DNA from: Desulfobacteraceae bacterium
GTDB taxonomy: Bacteria > Desulfobacterota > Desulfobacteria > Desulfobacterales > ETH-SRB1
Direction: 5' to 3'
DNA length: 64,000 nt
NCBI GenBank assembly: GCA_030593145.1
Contig: JAUVHU010000006.1
Location: 1,121-65,120 of the forward strand
Each line of letters opens with the position of its first letter. The stretch's first letter is position 1. The notes beneath the pieces are model-generated. The model worked only from the letters and a program-made list of their open reading frames with translations, was not told the DNA's origin and ran no database searches. A program made the position numbers and the translations under genes. Below, piece after piece: positions 35,779 through 45,592 of the stretch.

Positions 35779-36513
35779 ATGATTCAAACCAATATAATAA
35801 ATATGATAATTAATGCCGGACTAATGGTGCAGTTTGTGCTGCTTCTCCTGCTCTTTTTTTCCATCACATCATGGGCAATCATGATAATGAAATATCGATA
35901 TCTTAGAAGGGCATATAAAGAATCGATCCTTTTCACAGATTTTTTTTGGAAAAGCAGGGATCTTTCCGATGCTTTCGCTAAAGCAAAGCATCTTCACGGC
36001 AGTCCTATTGCCAAGGTTTTCAGGGTTGGATATCTTGAGCTGAAAAAATTGAGCCGATCCGGTGTTTCGGTTTCATCGCAATCATCACAAGTCCATAAGT
36101 CAGAAACTTATTCTCTGGGCGCTAACTTTGCCGTTGTTGACAATGTTAAAAGAGCTTTGCGCAGGGCTATAAATACAGAAACGACGAGAATGACTCAAAT
36201 GGTTCCTTTCCTCGCTACAACAGGGAACACAACGCCTTTTATCGGTTTGTTCGGAACTGTATGGGGTATTATGAATTCATTTCATGGAATCGGTTTAACA
36301 GGTTCGGCCAGTCTTGCTGTTGTAGCCCCGGGGATTTCTGAGGCGCTTATAGCGACCGCGGCAGGTTTGGCTGTCGCAATACCCGCGGTTATCGCTTTTA
36401 ATTATTTTATGCAGAAAATAAGGATCATTGAGACTGAATTGCAGGGATTTGCCGCGGATTTACTGAATATTATTGAACGGGATATCCTTAGGGAAAAGGA
36501 GAACAATCGATGA
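35779..36513 (+). CDS. tolQ: Tol-Pal system protein TolQ (MotA/TolQ/ExbB channel family)
   Basis: Three TM segments; TTGNTTPFIGLFGTVWGIMNSF..ALIATAAGLAVAIPAV; followed by tolR-tolA-tolB-pal-cpoB. Confidence 0.85.
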   Translation: MIQTNIINMIINAGLMVQFVLLLLLFFSITSWAIMIMKYRYLRRAYKESILFTDFFWKSRDLSDAFAKAKHLHGSPIAKVFRVGYLELKKLSRSGVSVSSQSSQVHKSETYSLGANFAVVDNVKRALRRAINTETTRMTQMVPFLATTGNTTPFIGLFGTVWGIMNSFHGIGLTGSASLAVVAPGISEALIATAAGLAVAIPAVIAFNYFMQKIRIIETELQGFAADLLNIIERDILREKENNR

Positions 36514-36944
36514 ATTATGGAGGCAAAAATAACCACCTGATGTCCGACATAAACGTGACGCCATTTGTTGATGTTATGCTCGTTCTTTTAATTATTTTTA
36601 TGGTAACAACGCCTATGATGGTACAGGGTGTAAATGTTTCTTTGCCGGAAACGACTTCTGAACCGCTGTCTTCAACAAAAGAGCTTCTTGTAATTACCAT
36701 CGACAGCAATAATAAAGTTTATATTAATGATTATCAGGTTACAATCGATTTTCTGCAAGAGAAACTGATTAAAATTTTTAAGGGCCGTAGCGACCGTGAG
36801 GTTTATCTCCGGGCTGACAAAGAGATACCGTATGGAATGGTAGTACGTGTCATGTCGGAGATAAAGGGGGCAGGGGTCGAGAGATTAGGCATGGTGACAG
36901 AGCCTGTTATTTATAAAAACAAAAGAAAAGAACTGAAAAGCTAA
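36510..36944 (+). CDS. tolR: Tol-Pal system protein TolR (ExbD/TolR family)
   Basis: SDINVTPFVDVMLVLLIIFMV..YLRADKEIPYGMVVRVMSEIKGAGV. There is a 4-nt overlap with tolQ. Confidence 0.85.
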   Translation: MNYGGKNNHLMSDINVTPFVDVMLVLLIIFMVTTPMMVQGVNVSLPETTSEPLSSTKELLVITIDSNNKVYINDYQVTIDFLQEKLIKIFKGRSDREVYLRADKEIPYGMVVRVMSEIKGAGVERLGMVTEPVIYKNKRKELKS

Positions 36945-36950
36945 TAGCAG

Positions 36951-37784
36951 ATGAAAGATGTTTACGGACTTGAAGAAAAGCCTCGCGCATTATTTTTAAC
37001 TTTTACTTTTTCAATTATATGCCATCTGATTTTTTTTGCTGTTTTAATATTAGTACCGGAATATAAGCCGCATAGCAAATATTTCCCTTCTGTGATAAAT
37101 GTTAGAATGGTGACTTTACCGGCTTATGATGCAGCGCTTGGGTTGAGTGGGGAGACAGCAATTAAACCTCAAGTGCAGGTCGCAAGGCAAAAAAAAGCTC
37201 AGGTTTCCGTAAAAGCTGTTTCAATTGCGCCAAAAAGTAAGAAGATAAAAAAGCCGCTAAAAAAGAAAACCTTTAAATCATCAAAGGTGGTTAAAAGCGC
37301 TATAGCAGCCATCGAAAAAAAGGTTGAAGAGTCAAGATCGAATGCGGTTGCCGAGGCGATTGACAGATTAAAGAGCAAGCTGAAAAAAAGTGAGGGAATT
37401 CACCAGCCAGGGCATAAAACCGGAAAAGGTTCAGTTCGATCCGGAGCGGGAATAACGGATGGAGTCGGGGCAGGAGGTAAACACGCCCTGAAATTAATAG
37501 ATATTTACAGGGTCGAAATTGCTTATCAAATTCAAAAAAACTGGGCATTTTCCGAGTCATTGGCAGGTGGACGCACAAATCTTGTGGTTGAACTGGCATT
37601 TACCGTCATGCCGGGCGGTGAGATAAAAGATATATGGTTTGATACAAGATCCGGGAATCAATATTTAGACGAATCTGCCTATAAGGCTGTTATGAAATCA
37701 AATCCTGTAAACCCGCATCCGCCCGGACTTTCAGAAAAGGTTGTTTATGTTGGTTTGAGATTCGGTCCTAAAGGCTTAGATTAG
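36951..37784 (+). CDS. tolA: TolA/TonB-family energy-transducer (N-terminal anchor, K-rich linker, TonB_C-like domain)
   Basis: TM helix, lysine-rich linker, and C-terminal YRVEIAYQIQKNWAF..VVELAFTVMPGGEIKDIWF..SGNQYLDESAYKAV. Confidence 0.7.
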   Translation: MKDVYGLEEKPRALFLTFTFSIICHLIFFAVLILVPEYKPHSKYFPSVINVRMVTLPAYDAALGLSGETAIKPQVQVARQKKAQVSVKAVSIAPKSKKIKKPLKKKTFKSSKVVKSAIAAIEKKVEESRSNAVAEAIDRLKSKLKKSEGIHQPGHKTGKGSVRSGAGITDGVGAGGKHALKLIDIYRVEIAYQIQKNWAFSESLAGGRTNLVVELAFTVMPGGEIKDIWFDTRSGNQYLDESAYKAVMKSNPVNPHPPGLSEKVVYVGLRFGPKGLD

Positions 37785-37880
37785 AAAAGACAGATATCAG
37801 AGGTCAGAAGTTGTAGGTCAGAAGCCGGAAATCGGAGAACCAACAACCGTGAACCGTTGAACCGTGAACCGTTGAACCTA
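37785..37880. repeat. 7-nt-period arrays between tolA and tolB
   Basis: cagatat cagaggt cagaagt tgtaggt cagaagc cggaaat cggagaa ccaacaa ccgtgaa ccgttga accgtga accgttg aacc. Confidence 0.8.
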
Positions 37881-37893
37881 ATAACTATTATTT

Positions 37894-39237
37894 ATGTCGA
37901 TTCACAACAGACAACACAATTTGAATTTTAATATAATCGGCTTAATAGCTGTAATACACCTTTTTTTTATTGGTACTGCTTTGTGTTATGCAGGATACGA
38001 TTATATTGATATAAATAATCCTTTTTTACGAAAGATACCGATTGCGATTCCTCTATTTAAAACAGTATCTGAAAATCCTGCTGAGAAACGGATGTCGAAC
38101 AAGTCGTCTGATTTGCTTTCCGAGACTTTGAAATTTACAGGTTATTTTAAAATTCTTGATCAAGATGCTTTCCTTGTGGACCCGGGAAAATCCGGTATAA
38201 TTGCTTCAAATATAAATTTTCAAAACTGGACAGGCATCGGAGCTGAGCTTTTGATAACCGGCGGGTTTCAGCTTAGCGACAATATTATTGAGATGGAGCT
38301 CAGGCTGTATGATCCATTTAAAGGGCGCTTACTTGTCGGCAAAAGATACAAGGGGTGGATAAGCGATCAACGTAAAATGATCCGGCGTTTTTGCAGTGAA
38401 GTGATATATGTAATGACCGGCAAAAGAGGTATTTTTGATAGCAAAATAGCTTTTATATCAACTGGTTCTGGGAACAAGGAAATATATATATGTGAATTTG
38501 ACGGAAACAATCCCGTACAGAAAACCCGAACAAAAAATATTACTCTTTCGCCGGCCTGGTCATCGGACGGGAAATGGATTGCTTATACTGCCTACAAAAA
38601 GGGTAAACCCGATCTTTACATAGAGCACTTAAAAGAGAAACGTAGCGTAGTGGTCGCAAAAAAAGGTATTAATATAACACCGGCATGGGTTCCAGGCAAA
38701 TTTGAGTTGGCAGCAACCCTTTCTTATTCAGGAGACCCGGAAATTTATATGTTGACCGGAACCGGTAAAATTATTAAGAGATTAACATACAATATGGGAA
38801 TTGATGTATCGCCTGCTTGGTCTCCAAATGGTGGTAAAATGGCCTTTGTCTCGAACAGGTCAGGAACCCCCCAGATTTTTATACTTGATATTAAATCAAG
38901 AAAGGTTAAAAGATTAACTTTTCATGGCCGTTACAATACTTCGCCGAGTTGGTCGCCGGATGGAGACAGAATAACATATACTGCCATGGAAAATGGGCAG
39001 TTCAATATATATGTAATCAGCGCTGATGGTGGTGATCCTGTAAAATTAACATATAATGAAGGTGATAATGAAGCTCCTTCATGGTCTCCTGATGGAAGTC
39101 TTATTGTATTTTCTTCGACACGGGAGGGCGGTCCCAGCAGACTTTATGTAATGACTTCTTATGGAACCGATCAAAGGCGTTTGCTTGCTTTGCCCGGCGA
39201 GCAGACAAACCCGAAATGGTCACCAAACATTAATTGA
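37894..39237 (+). CDS. tolB: Tol-Pal system beta-propeller protein TolB
   Basis: Repeated blades: SPAWSSDGKWIAY, TPAWVPGK, SPAWSPNGGKMAF, SPSWSPDGDRITY, APSWSPDGSLIVF, NPKWSP. Confidence 0.85.
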   Translation: MSIHNRQHNLNFNIIGLIAVIHLFFIGTALCYAGYDYIDINNPFLRKIPIAIPLFKTVSENPAEKRMSNKSSDLLSETLKFTGYFKILDQDAFLVDPGKSGIIASNINFQNWTGIGAELLITGGFQLSDNIIEMELRLYDPFKGRLLVGKRYKGWISDQRKMIRRFCSEVIYVMTGKRGIFDSKIAFISTGSGNKEIYICEFDGNNPVQKTRTKNITLSPAWSSDGKWIAYTAYKKGKPDLYIEHLKEKRSVVVAKKGINITPAWVPGKFELAATLSYSGDPEIYMLTGTGKIIKRLTYNMGIDVSPAWSPNGGKMAFVSNRSGTPQIFILDIKSRKVKRLTFHGRYNTSPSWSPDGDRITYTAMENGQFNIYVISADGGDPVKLTYNEGDNEAPSWSPDGSLIVFSSTREGGPSRLYVMTSYGTDQRRLLALPGEQTNPKWSPNIN

Positions 39238-39310
39238 TGGTAACTCAGTCTAAACAGTTTCAGCCTGACTACCTGAGTAGTTACTACTGATTTTATTTAA
39301 AGGAGGGAAA

Positions 39311-39817
39311 ATGCGAAAAAAATTATGGATAATTTTGGCTCTGTTACTTGTAATCCCTGGTTTATTATTTACCGCTTCATGTGCAAAGAAGACGGTTAAA
39401 TCTGAGCTTGCTGTAACGGCGGCTGCTGAAAAAACAAGCCAGCAGGCATCAGAAATAATGCGCGAAAAGATGGCTGCCAAGAATATGTTCATTAATGAAG
39501 ATATTTACTTTGACTTTGACAAATCTAATCTTCTTTTGTTGGCGCAGGATGTTTTAAGAAGAAAAGCTGAATGGTTGTGGAGTAACTCTGAGGTCTCCGT
39601 AATTATTGAAGGGCACTGTGATGAACGCGGTACAAACGAGTATAATATTGCCCTGGGAGACAGACGCGCTGAAAGCGCACGAAACTTCCTTGTCGATCTT
39701 GGTATTACAGGCTCGCGATTAACGACTATAAGCTATGGCGAGGAACGTCCTGTTGATTCAGGCCGTAATGAAGAAGCCTGGGCAAAGAACAGGCGAGCGC
39801 ATTTTACTATAGAATAG
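39311..39817 (+). CDS. pal: peptidoglycan-associated lipoprotein Pal (OmpA family)
   Basis: Lipobox LLFTASC; [39 protein letters not shown]. Confidence 0.85.
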   Translation: MRKKLWIILALLLVIPGLLFTASCAKKTVKSELAVTAAAEKTSQQASEIMREKMAAKNMFINEDIYFDFDKSNLLLLAQDVLRRKAEWLWSNSEVSVIIEGHCDERGTNEYNIALGDRRAESARNFLVDLGITGSRLTTISYGEERPVDSGRNEEAWAKNRRAHFTIE

Positions 39818-39838
39818 ATTGCTCAAAACAGGGTATTG

Positions 39839-40038
39839 GTCGAGTAGTCTATGAGCCTGTCCGAGAATTTTGATTCTACTGCAAAAGCGTGAGAAGCGGC
39901 CCAAATTTCCGCAAATTTTCGTCAAATAGGCTTGCTATTCTCCTCAAATTTCCAAAAATTTGGTCTCGCTTTCACACTTTTTCGTTACGGACATAATTCT
40001 CGGACAGGCTCCAAGTGGAAGTTGCTCGACTACTCGAC
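39839..40038. repeat. ~200-nt imperfect palindrome between pal and cpoB
   Basis: The outer arms gtcgagtagtc and gactactcgac pair. The inner arms gagcctgtccgagaatt and aattctcggacaggctc pair, as do gcaaaagcgtgagaagcggcccaaattt and aaatttggtctcgctttcacactttttc. Confidence 0.7.
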
Positions 40039-40080
40039 TAAAACAATGGGTGTGGAACCAGAGAGTTTTATTGGTCTGCT

Positions 40081-40875
40081 ATGAAATTCATCGTTGTATT
40101 TCTTATAATGTTGTGCGGGTGCGCATCGCAGCAGGATGTTATTTCACTCTATGATCGTGTGGGTGTACTCGAACAGCGTGGAGAAAAAGAAGAGTATTAT
40201 AAAACCCAGGAAAAAGAGGAGCGTCGTCTCAGAAATCAATATGCTCGGTTGCATGTTATGCTCAATAAACTTAGTGATGATATTCGCATTTTAAAAGGGA
40301 AACTGGAAGAAACCGACTATCTGTTAAAACGGGAAGTGGAGAATATTGAAGCTTCGGATAAAGAAAGAAAGAATAAATTAGATAGAATAGAGAATACCGC
40401 AAGTTTAAATAAGGATCGTATTATATATTTAGAAAAGTACTTAAACCTTGAGCCTTCTGAAATTGGTCAGGCAATCGAGAGTAAGGGCGGGGATGAAAAG
40501 GATCTTTCAGAAAATGAAATTTACATATCAGCTAAAAAGGCATTTAATCAAGGCGACCTTGAAGCTGCGCGTGAAGGTTTTAAAAAACTGATAAAAAAAT
40601 ATCCAAAGTCAAAGAATGCCGATAATGCGCAATTCTGGATCGGTGAGATATATTATCGGGGGAAACGGTATGAAAACGCAATATTAGAATACCAGAAGGT
40701 AATAGAAGGATATCCCAAAGGCAATAAGGTGCCGGCTTCTCTTTTAAAACAGGGATTTGCCTTTCTGCAGCTTGGGGACAAGGGGAATGCCCGTCTTGTT
40801 TTAAAAGAATTAACAGCAAAACATCCAAAATCCACTGAAGCGAGGGTCGCAAAACAGAAATTAAAAGGTTTTTGA
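40081..40875 (+). CDS. cpoB: Tol-Pal system protein CpoB/YbgF (coiled coil + TPR lipoprotein)
   Basis: Lipobox LCGC, an N-terminal coiled coil, and C-terminal TPRs (AQFWIGEIYYRGKRYENAILEYQKVIEGYPKGNKVPASLLKQGFAFLQLGD). Confidence 0.75.
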   Translation: MKFIVVFLIMLCGCASQQDVISLYDRVGVLEQRGEKEEYYKTQEKEERRLRNQYARLHVMLNKLSDDIRILKGKLEETDYLLKREVENIEASDKERKNKLDRIENTASLNKDRIIYLEKYLNLEPSEIGQAIESKGGDEKDLSENEIYISAKKAFNQGDLEAAREGFKKLIKKYPKSKNADNAQFWIGEIYYRGKRYENAILEYQKVIEGYPKGNKVPASLLKQGFAFLQLGDKGNARLVLKELTAKHPKSTEARVAKQKLKGF

Positions 40876-40904
40876 GACCTTTGCAAAACACCACCTTTTG
40901 CCCA
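40874..40904 (+). repeat. 31-nt repeat family copy upstream of ruvC
   Basis: gagacctttgcaaaacaccaccttttgccca. Confidence 0.7.
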
Positions 40905-40975
40905 ATTTCTGTCTTTTATCAAACTTGAATCCCGTTTCTATCGGGAAGCATTTTTCAAAGGTCTTTCATGAGCAT

Positions 40976-41473
40976 ATGATTATCAAGACCATAGGTATAG
41001 ATCCAGGTCTATCTGCAACAGGTATTGGTATTGTCAGGGGAAGAGGATTAAAGATAGATGGCTGTTCCTATGGCAGCATTAATACCTCAAAAAATATTTC
41101 ATTGCCGGCCCGCCTTAATCAAATCTTTTCCAAGCTTCTTAAAATTTTAGAGGATGAAAAACCGGACCTTATGATTGTAGAGGATATATTTTCTCTGACT
41201 AAGTATCCAAAAGCCGGTATAACATTAGGGAAAGTTACAGGTGTAATTCTCCTTGCCGGATGCCATGTTAATGTGCCTGTTACAGAAGTCCCTGTTCGTG
41301 AAGCCAAACAGGTTTTGACAGGAAACGGTAACGCAAGTAAGATGCAGCTTGAAAAGGCGGTCAGGCATTTATTAAACTTGTCAGATCCCATTAGCCCTGA
41401 CCATGCTTCAGATGCATTAGGCCTTGCTCTTATTGGCCTTTATCGATATGAAGGGATTGAGTTAAGGAATTAA
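40976..41473 (+). CDS. ruvC: crossover junction endodeoxyribonuclease RuvC
   Basis: MIIKTIGIDPGLSATGIGIV..DLMIVEDIF..ASDALGLAL. The longest ORF (40898) runs through an upstream repeat. Confidence 0.85.
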   Translation: MIIKTIGIDPGLSATGIGIVRGRGLKIDGCSYGSINTSKNISLPARLNQIFSKLLKILEDEKPDLMIVEDIFSLTKYPKAGITLGKVTGVILLAGCHVNVPVTEVPVREAKQVLTGNGNASKMQLEKAVRHLLNLSDPISPDHASDALGLALIGLYRYEGIELRN

Positions 41474-41500
41474 AGGATTGAGGGATTGGGGAATTAAAAT
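41466..41500. repeat. short 7-nt-period array over the ruvC stop codon
   Basis: aaggatt gagggat tggggaa ttaaaat. Confidence 0.55.
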
Positions 41501-41546
41501 CAATATAATACCTTCAATTCCTAAATTCTTTATATTAAGAACTATT

Positions 41547-42164
41547 ATGATAGGATATATTGAAGGCAAACTTTTACAGAAAGAAGATGACCGGATACTT
41601 CTTCTCGCCAATCAGCTTGGGTATGAAATTCTGCTTCCCGCGTTTGTGATGGAAACCTTGCGGTCAAAGGAGATTGGTGAAGAACTTTCTTTCTATATTT
41701 ATTATCAACAGACGGAAAGACAACCAAAACCTGTGTTGATCGGTTTTAATCTTGAGGTGGAAAGAGAATTTTTTAAATATTTTATTTCGGTTGAAGGTGT
41801 CGGGCCGTTGAAAGCGGTTCAAGCGTTGACTATTCCTGTTCGTGAAATAGCAAGAGCCATTGAATCAAAAGATGTTGCTACGCTAAAGCGATTAAAGGGT
41901 ATTGGTAACAGAACAGCTCAAAAAATCATTGCCACTCTTGAAGGCAAGATGGATAAATTCGCGTTAATCCGCAAATCAGAGAGAAAAGAGGCGGTTGCCA
42001 AGTATGACTTATCAGGGCAGGTATTAGATGTTCTTATTTCTCAGCTTGGGTATAAAGCTGCTGAAGCAAAGCAGATGATTTCGGAAGCCATGAAACGCAA
42101 TGCTTCTATTTCAACACCGGAAGAACTTTTTGAAGAAGTATATCGCGCTGAAGAGAACTTATAA
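41547..42164 (+). CDS. ruvA: Holliday junction DNA helicase subunit RuvA
   Basis: MIGYIEGKL..; HhH region FISVEGVGPLKAVQAL..LKRLKGIGNRTAQKI. Confidence 0.85.
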   Translation: MIGYIEGKLLQKEDDRILLLANQLGYEILLPAFVMETLRSKEIGEELSFYIYYQQTERQPKPVLIGFNLEVEREFFKYFISVEGVGPLKAVQALTIPVREIARAIESKDVATLKRLKGIGNRTAQKIIATLEGKMDKFALIRKSERKEAVAKYDLSGQVLDVLISQLGYKAAEAKQMISEAMKRNASISTPEELFEEVYRAEENL

Positions 42165-42184
42165 ACAGTAAACCCGCATAAATT

Positions 42185-43225
42185 ATGACGGACGACATAC
42201 TGACATATTCTTCTGACAAACAGGGCATACTTGCCGGATCATGTATGCCTGTTGACAGAGAACCGGAAATAATTTCTTTGCGTCCGGAACAGCTATCCGA
42301 TTATGTTGGTCAGACAGAGGTCGTTGAAACACTTAAAATTGCAATTGAAGCTGCTTTGCAGCGTGAAGAGCCCATTGATCATATCCTTTTCCACGGACCT
42401 CCCGGGCTTGGAAAAACTACCCTGGCCCATATTATTGCAAATGAAATGGGGAGTAATCTTACTGTTACTTCAGGGCCTGCTCTCGAAAAAGGGGGAGATC
42501 TTATCGGCATACTTACCCATCTTGAAGAGGGCGACATCCTGTTTATTGATGAGATACATCGTACGCCAAAGACAGTGGAAGAGTTTTTATATCCTGCCAT
42601 GGAGGATTTTGCCGTTGATTTTGTGTTTGACAAGGGGGTGCATGCGCGGAGTCATAGATACCGCCTGAAGCGCTTTACTCTTATTGGAGCAACCACACGT
42701 GTTGGCTTGTTATCTGCGCCTTTGCGGGACAGGTTCGGCATTTTAAGGAGTCTTGATTTTTATAAAGAGAAGGATTTGATACGAATTTCCAGGCGTTCAG
42801 CTACTTTGCTAAAGGTTGATATCGACGACAAAGGAGCGGATGAGCTTTCGAAAAGATCCAGAGGAACTCCAAGAATTGTTAACAGATTGTTGAAACGTGT
42901 CAGGGACTATGTGCAGGTTCGAGCTGATGGCAGGATCACCAGGAAAACGGTAGAAGATGCCTTGACTCTGGAGGGGGTTGATGAAAGAGGGTTAACGGAT
43001 CTGGATCGTCGTTATCTAAAAACAATAATTGAGTTTTATCATGGAGGCCCGGTTGGTATTGAAGCTATTTCCGCCACACTTCAGGAAGAAACCGATACAC
43101 TTGTGGATGTTGTTGAACCTTATATGCTAAAAATCGGCTTTATTATTAGAACTTCTTCAGGCAGAAAGGCTTCGGAAGCAGCATACAAACATCTTGGGTT
43201 TAGCGTTCAAGAGAAGATGTTTTAG
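42185..43225 (+). CDS. ruvB: Holliday junction DNA helicase RuvB
   Basis: [55 protein letters not shown]. Confidence 0.9.
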   Translation: MTDDILTYSSDKQGILAGSCMPVDREPEIISLRPEQLSDYVGQTEVVETLKIAIEAALQREEPIDHILFHGPPGLGKTTLAHIIANEMGSNLTVTSGPALEKGGDLIGILTHLEEGDILFIDEIHRTPKTVEEFLYPAMEDFAVDFVFDKGVHARSHRYRLKRFTLIGATTRVGLLSAPLRDRFGILRSLDFYKEKDLIRISRRSATLLKVDIDDKGADELSKRSRGTPRIVNRLLKRVRDYVQVRADGRITRKTVEDALTLEGVDERGLTDLDRRYLKTIIEFYHGGPVGIEAISATLQEETDTLVDVVEPYMLKIGFIIRTSSGRKASEAAYKHLGFSVQEKMF

Positions 43226-43352
43226 TAGCTATGAAAGCATAAATTCACAAAGTTCTCTTGCTATTATTGGCGACAGAGGATATTTTAAAAATTGCTGCAA
43301 ATCGACTTTTTATGAATTTATCATTATTCTTTAGGGTAATTTGATTGCTTAT

Positions 43353-44714
43353 ATGAAATCACGAATATTTTTTATATGGCTCGGACTATTTGTCTTGCTT
43401 GTAATAAATCTGGCAGCTATTGCATCTCAGAATAAAAATGCCGGGTCTAAGTATTTGCCGGTCCTTGCTAAAATTCAGACAAGTCAGGCGCGTATACCAG
43501 AGGTCTTTCTTTCATTTGACGCTGAATATGGGATTGTTGTCGAAAAAAATACTCAGCAACTATTTCTATATGCTTATGATGGCACATTTAACGAAAGATT
43601 ACGCTTTAATTGTTCAACCGGCGAGGTTGCCGGAAATAAGTCCTGTTCCGGAGACAAGAAGACACCTGAAGGCACATATTTTTTTACAGGAAATTTTAAA
43701 AAAAAGGATCTTTCACCTATATATGGAACAAGGGCCTTTCCTATAGATTATCCTAATCTTTTTGATCGTATTGAAGGCCGCAAGGGGTATTCGATTTGGC
43801 TTCATGGAACCGATAAACCTATAAAACCGATGGATTCCAATGGCTGTATTGTTCTTGCAAACAACGATATTGACAGTTTGGCAAAATATATAGATTTAAA
43901 TAAAACCCCGATTATTATTGTGGACAGGCTTTCCTTTGTACCTGTAGATCACAATAAAAAAAATAAAGATTCCATATTTAAGTTAATTTCACAATGGGAA
44001 GATGCGCTTGAAAATGGTACTTATCATGAATATTTGAATTCTTACAGCGATGAATATGTTCCTGATATTTCGTGGTGGTCTGACTGGATCGGAATTAAAA
44101 AGAGTTTTCAGACCTCTAATCTGAAGTTGTCTGTTGAGTTGAAAAGGAATTCAGTTTTCAGGCACAACGGAATTTATATGGTTTTGTTTGACCGGTTTGT
44201 CAGTTGTTCAGGCATTAATTTATTGGTTGGACGCAAAAAGCTTTATGTCTCAGATAAGGAAGGCCAATTCAAAATAGTTGGCGAGGAGTATCAGTCTGTT
44301 TCGAAAAGTTATAGTAGTTTAAAACAAAAACATCCACTTGTTGTTGCAAGCTGCGACCTGAAAAAAAGGTTTGAAGATAAAGATAAAATCGAAAACCTGA
44401 TTGATGGATGGCTGAAAGCCTGGTCTGATAGAGATATTACGCGTTATGGTAAATTTTATGCGAATAATTTCCGATCTCAGAACATGAATCTGAGGTCCTG
44501 GCTTAAATATAAAGAACAATTAAATCGGAAATACAATTTTATTAATGTTTCAAAAGATAAACTAACTATTAAAAAAAGCAAAAAGAGGGTTGAAGTTTCT
44601 TTTCTGCAAACTTATAAATCTAACACTTTTAAGGCAGTAGGCATAAAACGGCTGATCTTGATACGTGAAAAGGGATTATGGAAAATCTATCGGGAAACCT
44701 GGAAAAAGTTGTAA
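43353..44714 (+). CDS. YkuD-fold L,D-transpeptidase/carboxypeptidase with two NTF2-like C-terminal domains (Csd6/Pgp2-like architecture)
   Basis: Signal anchor; catalytic GYSIWLHGTDKP..DSNGCIVLANNDI (His/Cys of the YkuD fold). Two NTF2-like modules follow (ISQWEDALENGTYHEYLNSYS.. and IDGWLKAWSDRDITRYGKFYA..). Confidence 0.65.
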   Translation: MKSRIFFIWLGLFVLLVINLAAIASQNKNAGSKYLPVLAKIQTSQARIPEVFLSFDAEYGIVVEKNTQQLFLYAYDGTFNERLRFNCSTGEVAGNKSCSGDKKTPEGTYFFTGNFKKKDLSPIYGTRAFPIDYPNLFDRIEGRKGYSIWLHGTDKPIKPMDSNGCIVLANNDIDSLAKYIDLNKTPIIIVDRLSFVPVDHNKKNKDSIFKLISQWEDALENGTYHEYLNSYSDEYVPDISWWSDWIGIKKSFQTSNLKLSVELKRNSVFRHNGIYMVLFDRFVSCSGINLLVGRKKLYVSDKEGQFKIVGEEYQSVSKSYSSLKQKHPLVVASCDLKKRFEDKDKIENLIDGWLKAWSDRDITRYGKFYANNFRSQNMNLRSWLKYKEQLNRKYNFINVSKDKLTIKKSKKRVEVSFLQTYKSNTFKAVGIKRLILIREKGLWKIYRETWKKL

Positions 44715-45577
44715 AATCGCTGTCTTTGCCAAAACAATTAAAAAGGTCTGACTCATGGATTCTTTTGGCAATAGGAGATCATGGGAAGACGATATCGTTT
44801 GGAAAGCTTAAGGGACTGGTGCTTGCATTGGCACTGGCAGTGGTTATTGTTGTTGTTTTAGTTTCATACTCATTAATTGTTTCAAAAAGCTTAAGTAAAG
44901 AAAATGATGGATTGCGGAATGCTCTGGATGCATCAAAAAAGCAGATTGCGGCTTTGCGTGATGAGAGGGACATTTTCATGGTTCGTTCTGTTCTGGATAA
45001 AACCGGAGTCAAAGATAGCCTTGTTAGTATTGAGGAAAAGCAAACAGGTGAGACTCCCGTCGGTTTGCCCGACAAGAAAGCATCTGTTGAAACCAGTCCC
45101 GAACAGGCAGGTGTTGATAAAACAGTTTTATTAGCCAGCGAGAAGCAGCCGGAAGAAAAAACAGCTTCAGCGAGACAGGCAACCCTGCCAGTGGCTTCAG
45201 TTGAAGATTTCGTGATTTTATTTGAACCTGCCGGCAATATATTGAAGGTGCAGTTTAAAATAATAAACACATCTTCCGATTCTCAGCCTGTTTCAGGACA
45301 CGCTTTTGTTATATTAAAGGATGATGATAATGATGATAGTAAATGGTTGATATTTCCCCGTGTTACTCTGGCTTCAGGAAAACCCTCGCCTTATAAAAGG
45401 GGACAGTATTTTTCTATTTATCGTTTTAAAATGGTAAAGTTCACGGCACAGACTGAAACAAACCCGAAACGGTTTAGTAACGCTTCTGTATTAGTATATA
45501 ATACAACAGGTGATTTGCTGCTGGAAAAAAGTTGTCCGGTAAAAATTACAGAGGTTGTTGAGGATACATTAGGGTAA
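44678..45577 (+). CDS. hypothetical membrane-anchored protein (TM helix, coiled coil, acidic linker, beta-rich C-domain)
   Basis: TM helix LVLALALAVVIVVVLVSYSLIV. It has operon context, but no family was recognised. Confidence 0.45.
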   Translation: MENLSGNLEKVVKSLSLPKQLKRSDSWILLAIGDHGKTISFGKLKGLVLALALAVVIVVVLVSYSLIVSKSLSKENDGLRNALDASKKQIAALRDERDIFMVRSVLDKTGVKDSLVSIEEKQTGETPVGLPDKKASVETSPEQAGVDKTVLLASEKQPEEKTASARQATLPVASVEDFVILFEPAGNILKVQFKIINTSSDSQPVSGHAFVILKDDDNDDSKWLIFPRVTLASGKPSPYKRGQYFSIYRFKMVKFTAQTETNPKRFSNASVLVYNTTGDLLLEKSCPVKITEVVEDTLG

Positions 45578-45592
45578 GAAAAGGATTTAATT

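Noticed and set aside
39960-40154. 64-aa ORF between pal and cpoB
   Set aside because: It lies inside or across the 200-nt palindrome and overlaps the cpoB start. It is an artefact of the repeat.
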